Shown piece after piece: positions 3,753 to 8,311 of a DNA stretch of 8,311 nt. The position numbers and the translations under genes were made by a program. This DNA is from PVC group bacterium (lineage in GTDB: Bacteria > GCA-001730085 > JADFSZ01). The notes beneath the pieces were generated by a model, which was not told where the DNA came from, made no database searches, and worked only from the letters and a program-made list of their open reading frames with translations. Position 1 is the stretch's first letter. Each line of letters begins with the position of its first letter. The stretch spans positions 1 to 8,311 of the forward strand of contig JADFSZ010000075.1 of assembly GCA_022560555.1 (NCBI GenBank), written 5' to 3'.

Positions 3753-6689
3753 GTGGCTGAAAAAAAAGAAGCAAAACAAGAGCGATACTACAGCATCTCT
3801 AAGCTGAATAAGTGGTTCGCTATCTCCAGCATGATTCTTTGTGTGGCCGTATTTGGTGTATTTGCCCAAGATTATCTGAGGGAATGGAGGGTTTTTCAGA
3901 GAGAATTCCGTGAACTGGAAGTGGAAAAAACACGTCAGGCTTATGAGAACGCTCAACAAGATCTTGAGCAAAATCAAGAGTACCAAACGCTCATTGAAGA
4001 TCAGAAGAAAGCGTCCCTGGAACTTGAGGGGAAAGAAGTTCTGCGTAAAGCGCTTCAAAAGGACATTGATAAGCTCGACTCCGAATATTACAGCGTTAAC
4101 CGACGGCATCAGTTCGCCAAGGCCGAATACGATGCCGCGAAATATCGATATGAAGACGCCCAAGATCACGAGGGATTAACAAAAGATATCAGAGACGAGT
4201 TTGCCAAAACCCAATCCCTGATGAAAGAATTAAAAATCAGCGCCGAAGATACGAAAAAGCTTTTGGATTTCAAAAAAGAGGAGCTAAGTTCTTTCGATGA
4301 GAAGATCAATCAGTTGGACAAGGCGAAAGAGGCCTTGTCGCATGAACTTGATGTTATAAATCGGATGCTGGCGAAAATCGATACGGCCCATATGTCTTTT
4401 GGTAACAGGATGGCGGATAAATTCCGAGATTTGCCCATTGTGGATTTTATGAATCCGAGCGAAAGAATTGAACAAGTCGTTGTGAAAGTAGATACGGAAA
4501 ATCTGAATTTTATGCGTGTACCGAGAGTGGATCGTTGTGTGACATGTCATCAGGGAGTACTCAGAAAAGATTTTGCCGACGCGGACAACCCGTATAAAAC
4601 CCATCCTAATCTTGATCTCTTTTTATCCAGCGGATCGCCGCACCCGTTGGAAGAATTTGGCTGTACGAGTTGTCACGCGGGTCGCGGACGAGGCACGGAT
4701 TTTGTCAGTGCCGCGCATACACCTTCAAGTCCTGAACAAGCCAAAGAATGGGAGGAAAAATATGGTTGGCATGAATTCCATCTTTGGGAAGCCCCTATGC
4801 ATGCCAAACCCCATGTGGAAGCCGGATGTTTTAAGTGTCATTCCGGCGAAACAGTGCTTCGGGGTGCCGAGAAACTTACTTTTGGTCTCAATTTGATTGA
4901 GCGCTCAGGCTGTTATTCTTGTCACACAATCGAAAAATATAAAGGCGATCCTAAAACGGGTCCCAATCTTGCTAAAATCTCATCAAAAACATCGAAAGAC
5001 TGGACCTTCCGATGGATCAAAGATCCCCAAGCCTTTCGACCAGGAACATGGATGCCCTCATTTTATGGACTATCCAATAATGATGATCCGGAGTCTGTCC
5101 AATGGACGGATCAAGAGATTCATGCCATTGTGCACTATCTTTACACCGAGAGTGAAAACTATGACATGAAAGAAATCCCTGTAGTGGGCCATTTGGCTCG
5201 CGGGGAAGAACTTGTGTCATCTATCGGGTGTTTTGCCTGTCATAAGGGTCCCAATGAGGACGATGATGAAGATCGGGATCGACAACATCTCCTCAGTGAA
5301 TTCGGACCGCATCTTTTGGGTTTTGGATCTAAAACCAGCGAGAAGTGGCTCTATCATTGGCTGAAAGATCCGAAAACATATCACCCGGATACTCGTATGC
5401 CGAATCTCAGACTCACCGATCAAGAAGCCGCGGATATCTCATCGTATCTCGTCAGTCTTTCAAATGAGGAATTTATGGAATCGTCTGTTCCTGAAATCAA
5501 CGAAGACATGATGGATAACATTACACATGAACTCTTAAGCCTTAAATTTCCCGCATGGGAGGCCGAAGAGAAATTGAAATCCATGTCTCTTGAAGATAAA
5601 TTAGCTTTTAGCGGAGAAACAATTATTCGTCAGCAGGGATGCTTTGCCTGTCACAATATTCCCGGATTTGAAGATGAAAAACCCATCGGAGTCGAACTGA
5701 CGGAAGAGGGAAGCAAGTCACTTCATAAATTTGCTTTTGAACTTTCGGATATCGAGCATAGCAAGGCAGCCTGGTTTCAGACAAAATTGAAACATCCAAG
5801 AATTTTTGATAAAGGGAAAATAAAGGGCCCTTATGAAAAATCCCGAATGCCGAAATTCCAATTTTCGGATGAAGAGATTGATGCGGTTGTGACGGCATTG
5901 CTTGGATTTGTGAAGACAGATCCCAATCTCCGGAAAAAACCCCGAACACCCAAAAACTTGTTTGTTGAAGCCGGGCAGTCTTTTATCCGTCAACACAACT
6001 GTCAGGGATGCCATATCATAGAAGGTGAAGGGGGCGCGATACAGGAGAATATTCAGGATTGGCTTGTGAAACACCAAGGAAAAACCGAAGCGGATGCCGA
6101 AGCCCTGGCCGCAAGTTTCAGCCCTCCGAATCTCATTGGAGAAGGTAAAAAAGTTCAGTCTGATTGGCTGTTTTCTTTTTTACATGAGCCCACAATAATA
6201 CGCCCCTGGCTCAAAGTCCGAATGCCGACGTATGATTTTAATGAAGAAGAGATCAATACGGCGATCAAGTATTTCAATTTTCTGGATGACGAACCGTTTC
6301 CCTTTACCGAGAAAATAAAACCTGATTTGTCCGCGGAAGAGATGGCGGCAGGAGAAAAGATGTATTCACCGGATTATTTTGATTGTTTTAATTGTCATAT
6401 TCGGGGCGCAAAAATGCCGGGTGGAACGCCGGACCGTTGGGCTCCAAATTTGGAACTTGCCAAGGAGCGTCTCAAGGCAAAATGGATCATCGATTGGATC
6501 AAAAACCCGCAAAAACTTCTTCCCGGAACCAAAATGCCGATGTATTTTGATCCTGAATATTTTGATGACTCCGGCCCGGATGACATTTTGGATGGTGATG
6601 AACATGAGCAGATTCGTGTGCTGAGAGACTATCTCCTGGTTTTACCCAAAGCTGCAAATCCTTCGTCTCCAAGTGATCAAGACGGATAA
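3753..6689 (+). CDS. Membrane-anchored octaheme c-type cytochrome with coiled-coil stalk, 978 aa (GTG start)
   Basis: There are eight CxxCH motifs: CVTCH 4536-4550, CTSCH 4662-4676, CFKCH 4827-4841, CYSCH 4911-4925, CFACH 5229-5243, CFACH 5640-5654, CQGCH 6000-6014 and CFNCH 6384-6398. A basic N-terminus plus TM helix (WFAISSMILCVAVFGVFA) is followed by an E/K/Q-rich helical region (res ~45-210). GTG 3753 is the only start upstream of the TM helix after the preceding stop (TAG 3732-3734). Confidence 0.92.
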   Translation: MAEKKEAKQERYYSISKLNKWFAISSMILCVAVFGVFAQDYLREWRVFQREFRELEVEKTRQAYENAQQDLEQNQEYQTLIEDQKKASLELEGKEVLRKALQKDIDKLDSEYYSVNRRHQFAKAEYDAAKYRYEDAQDHEGLTKDIRDEFAKTQSLMKELKISAEDTKKLLDFKKEELSSFDEKINQLDKAKEALSHELDVINRMLAKIDTAHMSFGNRMADKFRDLPIVDFMNPSERIEQVVVKVDTENLNFMRVPRVDRCVTCHQGVLRKDFADADNPYKTHPNLDLFLSSGSPHPLEEFGCTSCHAGRGRGTDFVSAAHTPSSPEQAKEWEEKYGWHEFHLWEAPMHAKPHVEAGCFKCHSGETVLRGAEKLTFGLNLIERSGCYSCHTIEKYKGDPKTGPNLAKISSKTSKDWTFRWIKDPQAFRPGTWMPSFYGLSNNDDPESVQWTDQEIHAIVHYLYTESENYDMKEIPVVGHLARGEELVSSIGCFACHKGPNEDDDEDRDRQHLLSEFGPHLLGFGSKTSEKWLYHWLKDPKTYHPDTRMPNLRLTDQEAADISSYLVSLSNEEFMESSVPEINEDMMDNITHELLSLKFPAWEAEEKLKSMSLEDKLAFSGETIIRQQGCFACHNIPGFEDEKPIGVELTEEGSKSLHKFAFELSDIEHSKAAWFQTKLKHPRIFDKGKIKGPYEKSRMPKFQFSDEEIDAVVTALLGFVKTDPNLRKKPRTPKNLFVEAGQSFIRQHNCQGCHIIEGEGGAIQENIQDWLVKHQGKTEADAEALAASFSPPNLIGEGKKVQSDWLFSFLHEPTIIRPWLKVRMPTYDFNEEEINTAIKYFNFLDDEPFPFTEKIKPDLSAEEMAAGEKMYSPDYFDCFNCHIRGAKMPGGTPDRWAPNLELAKERLKAKWIIDWIKNPQKLLPGTKMPMYFDPEYFDDSGPDDILDGDEHEQIRVLRDYLLVLPKAANPSSPSDQDG
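4911..6644 (+). other. Five tandem class-I (mono-heme, His/Met) cytochrome c modules inside the octaheme CDS (a protein-level repeat)
   Basis: Each module has CxxCH, then a GPNL-like turn, then W..W(I/L)K(D/N)P, then (R/K/W)MP (axial Met candidate), then an acidic helix ending in Y/F-L. The five core segments are WTFRWIKDPQAFRPGTWMPSF, WLYHWLKDPKTYHPDTRMPNL, WFQTKLKHPRIF..SRMPKF, WLFSFLHEPTIIRPWLKVRMPTY and WIIDWIKNPQKLLPGTKMPMY. Confidence 0.8.
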
Positions 6690-6722
6690 ATTCCCACCAC
6701 CCAACATACGGGTAAATTTTCT

Positions 6723-7505
6723 ATGATTTTGAATATCATCAGCATCATTTTTATTCTCTTCGCTATTTGTTATCCGCTAGGATATGTTTTTCATTTTGGC
6801 GTACCGATAAAACAAAGTTTTGATCGCTTCAATTATGCTTTAATCTCCATCGTTGCGTCTCTGGGAGTTCTGGCGTGCTTTGCCTTAAATATCCCTCGTA
6901 ATTCTCTGATCACTCTTATTGCTTGGGTCATCCTGCTTCTTTGTTTCACCTGGTTTTTGTGGGACCGGGATAAGTATAAGGAGATTGTGCTGATTTTGAT
7001 GTCCATGATAGGGATGCTTGTGTTTGGATTTGTCTCCAAAGACATTTTCCCTACGGCATCCATAAATCTCATATCCATGGCCGTGTGTATTCTCGGAGGT
7101 TGGGTTATTTCCTTGGCCATTTACGCGATGAATCTGGGGCATTGGTATCTGAATGTCAAAAAACTTGATCTTAAACATCTCATAAGAACCGTTTACGGAT
7201 TTACGGGACTTGTTATTTTGAGATTGATTTGGGATGGTGTGATGTTTCTCACTAAAAGCTTTACTTATAGAGGTGAAATGATCAGTTTAGGAAAATATCT
7301 TTTTACTCTTGATGGGGTATTCCTTTGGATCGCCCTTCTTTTCGGATCCGTAGTTCCACTTATTCTTACATTCATGACTCTGGAGACGCTTCGAGTCAAA
7401 TCAACACAATCGGCCACCGGGATCCTCTATGTTATTGTCGTGTCTTTGATGATAGGGGAGCTTACGTACAAATACTACCTCGTCCAATTTGGATGGGTTC
7501 TGTAA
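6723..7505 (+). CDS. Polytopic integral membrane protein (about 8 TM), unknown family, 260 aa
   Basis: The ORF is strongly hydrophobic, with about 8 helices by eye (2-23, 37-56, 61-80, 88-104, 112-137, 156-176, 193-218, 232-255). It is on the same strand 33 nt after the cytochrome c stop, and the next gene starts 2 nt after its own stop. I recognise no family motif. Confidence 0.8.
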   Translation: MILNIISIIFILFAICYPLGYVFHFGVPIKQSFDRFNYALISIVASLGVLACFALNIPRNSLITLIAWVILLLCFTWFLWDRDKYKEIVLILMSMIGMLVFGFVSKDIFPTASINLISMAVCILGGWVISLAIYAMNLGHWYLNVKKLDLKHLIRTVYGFTGLVILRLIWDGVMFLTKSFTYRGEMISLGKYLFTLDGVFLWIALLFGSVVPLILTFMTLETLRVKSTQSATGILYVIVVSLMIGELTYKYYLVQFGWVL

Positions 7506-7507
7506 CG

Positions 7508-7960
7508 ATGAAAACGGTAATCCTTGATTGTTTAGAATGTGATCAATCAACCACTAACGCTGTTGAGGATCAAAATGAAATACTCTGCTCCGGATGTCAA
7601 AAAAAATGGCTTTTTTATTCAGAAGGGTATCAATTTGAAACGTGCCCCATCTGTGAATGTAAAGAGTTTTACCGGCAAAAAGATTTTGATAAACGTATCG
7701 GATGTCTCATTATGTTTGTCGCGATTGTTCTTGTGCCATGGACATACGGGCTTTCGCTCCCGTTCTTTTTTGCGATTGATTGGTTTTTATATCGAAGGGT
7801 CCCCGATATGGCGGTGTGCTATCTGTGCCGGGGTGAGTTTAGAGGATTTGACCTTCAAAAAAAAATCAAAACCTTCAACCATATTATGGCAGAAGGCTTT
7901 GAAAAAAAACGTTTAACGCAAAAGAAATGGTTTTCAAGCCCTCAGGACACCCCCGAATGA
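7508..7960 (+). CDS. Small membrane protein with four CxxC pairs (double zinc-ribbon or rubredoxin-like, split by a hydrophobic hairpin), 150 aa
   Basis: I prefer the start at ATG 7508, 2 nt after the preceding TAA (7503-7505). The tracked start at 7325 overlaps the membrane-protein gene in another frame. The Cys pairs are C8xxC11, C27xxC30, C46xxC49 (CPIC) and C104xxC107. A hydrophobic segment (res ~64-95) lies between the third and fourth pairs, and the C-terminus is basic. Confidence 0.75.
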   Translation: MKTVILDCLECDQSTTNAVEDQNEILCSGCQKKWLFYSEGYQFETCPICECKEFYRQKDFDKRIGCLIMFVAIVLVPWTYGLSLPFFFAIDWFLYRRVPDMAVCYLCRGEFRGFDLQKKIKTFNHIMAEGFEKKRLTQKKWFSSPQDTPE

Positions 7961-8004
7961 AAATCATCCAAGTCTAATAGTATCAGTATATTAAAAATCT
8001 CATC

Positions 8005-8033
8005 TTGACACAAAATCCCAAATAAGCTACTCT
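8005..8033 (+). promoter_or_regulatory. Candidate sigma70-type promoter for the downstream secreted-protein gene
   Basis: A consensus -35 TTGACA (8005-8010) is separated by a 17-nt spacer from TACTCT (8028-8033, TAnnnT). It lies in the 189-nt gap after the operon. This is a sequence match only. Confidence 0.35.
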
Positions 8034-8138
8034 ATCGAAAATTTTCAATCTCTGTAAGGGTTTGAATTCGAATAAGTAAAGCCCAATATCGTTCCTTAAA
8101 ACAGAGAGCAGAATGCCCTTAATATCATCCCAAAACCC

Positions 8139-8144
8139 GGAGGA
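8139..8144 (+). promoter_or_regulatory. Shine-Dalgarno site
   Basis: GGAGGA lies 5 nt upstream of ATG 8150. Confidence 0.7.
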
Positions 8145-8149
8145 CATTT

Positions 8150-8311
8150 ATGAAACACATTCAAACAATCCTTTTACCTATCATGGCGATCTTTTTGACG
8201 ACAACGTGTGTCGATGCCGCTTCTATCACGGGGAAGGTCGTTTACGAGGGGGCCGTTCCTAACTTAAAACCCATCAGCATGGACGCGGATCCTATATGTG
8301 CCGCAAAGCAT
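8150..8311 (+). CDS. 5' end of a secreted protein (signal peptide plus start of a beta-sandwich-like domain), partial and running off the window
   Basis: It has a strong SD and ATG and stays open to the window end (54 codons): MKHIQTILLPIMAIFLTTTCVDAASITGKVVYEGAVPNLKPISMDADPICAAKH. A Sec-type signal (basic n-region, hydrophobic core, VDA-A cleavage-like site) is present. It is missing from the ORF track because it is truncated. From memory, the G-K-V-x-Y/F-E-G-x-x-P...MDADP-x-C motif matches the N-termini of secreted proteins often annotated as carboxypeptidase-regulatory-like or cupredoxin (plastocyanin/azurin family). Confidence 0.65.
   Translation, partial: MKHIQTILLPIMAIFLTTTCVDAASITGKVVYEGAVPNLKPISMDADPICAAKH

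Noticed and set aside
3525-4169. A 214-aa ORF on the minus strand
   Set aside because: It lies antisense to the 3' end of the subunit-IV-like gene and to the GAA/AAG-rich coiled-coil region of the octaheme gene. Its translation is low-complexity with no motifs. The sense-strand genes have unmistakable family signatures, so this is a shadow ORF.
3753-6689. Possibility that the octaheme protein is a hydroxylamine/hydrazine oxidoreductase-like or NrfA-like octaheme enzyme
   Set aside because: Five of the eight hemes sit in well-separated class-I His/Met-type modules rather than the tightly packed HAO/NrfA heme core. There is no CxxCK motif and no obvious catalytic-heme context. An electron-transfer role is more consistent.
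7325-7507. Upstream extension of the CxxC-protein ORF (tracked 211-aa version)
   Set aside because: The extension overlaps the last 181 nt of the 8-TM gene in a different frame and encodes Ser/Arg/Asp-rich filler. ATG 7508 follows the preceding stop by 2 nt and begins directly at the first CxxC motif.
7599-7909. Homopolymeric A tracts (A8 7599-7606, A9 7857-7865, A8 7902-7909; also A8 3760-3767 and A7 1840-1846), considered as possible slipped-strand phase-variation switches
   Set aside because: All are in frame and encode Lys-Lys runs in intact ORFs of an AT-leaning sequence that prefers AAA codons. Nothing in this single sequence suggests on/off switching. They are worth remembering only as likely sequencing-error hot spots.
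7539-7916. A 125-aa + strand ORF in an alternative frame within the CxxC-protein gene
   Set aside because: It is fully nested in a gene with a coherent Cys-pair and TM architecture. Its own product has no motif and no ribosome-binding site.
8063-8074. Overlapping palindromes GAATTC and TTCGAA (TTGAATTCGAAT) in the downstream leader
   Set aside because: These are short AT-rich restriction-site-like palindromes expected by chance. There is no flanking symmetry to suggest an operator.
1-8311. Search for tRNA, rRNA, CRISPR repeats, IS or transposase ends, integrase genes or long DNA-level repeats
   Set aside because: No cloverleaf-like or rRNA-like segments, regularly spaced direct repeats, terminal inverted repeats or recombinase-like ORFs are visible. 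The window looks like core respiratory metabolism rather than a mobile island.

Overview
Almost the whole window is one tightly packed seven-gene operon on the + strand (281-7960). It encodes an atypical Rieske/cytochrome b6-type quinol oxidoreductase. Gene order is: (1) a membrane-anchored HEAT-repeat protein; (2) a Tat-signal Rieske [2Fe-2S] protein; (3) a b6-like cytochrome b that keeps the Cys used for covalent heme ci in b6f complexes; (4) an enlarged, roughly 8-TM subunit-IV-like protein whose Qo motif reads APWY instead of PEWY; (5) a 978-aa membrane-anchored octaheme cytochrome c; (6) an 8-TM protein of unknown family; (7) a small membrane protein with four CxxC pairs (zinc-ribbon or rubredoxin-like). 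The octaheme protein runs TM anchor, ~165-aa coiled-coil stalk, 3-heme module, then five tandem mono-heme class-I modules. Intergenic gaps inside the operon are 6, 11, 2, 18, 33 and 2 nt, so co-transcription and translational coupling are likely. Upstream lie the last 38 codons of an unidentified gene, a strong intrinsic terminator, and a sigma70-like promoter directly abutting it. Downstream, after a 189-nt gap with its own candidate promoter, a secreted protein begins and runs off the window. I see no tRNA, rRNA, CRISPR array, transposase or other mobile-element signature. The main interest is the non-canonical composition of this bc/b6f-like complex: the octaheme replaces cytochrome c1/f, subunit IV is enlarged, and three accessory genes have no counterpart I know of in characterised bc1, b6f or Bacillus Qcr operons. 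All family assignments come from motif reading by eye; no database search was possible.
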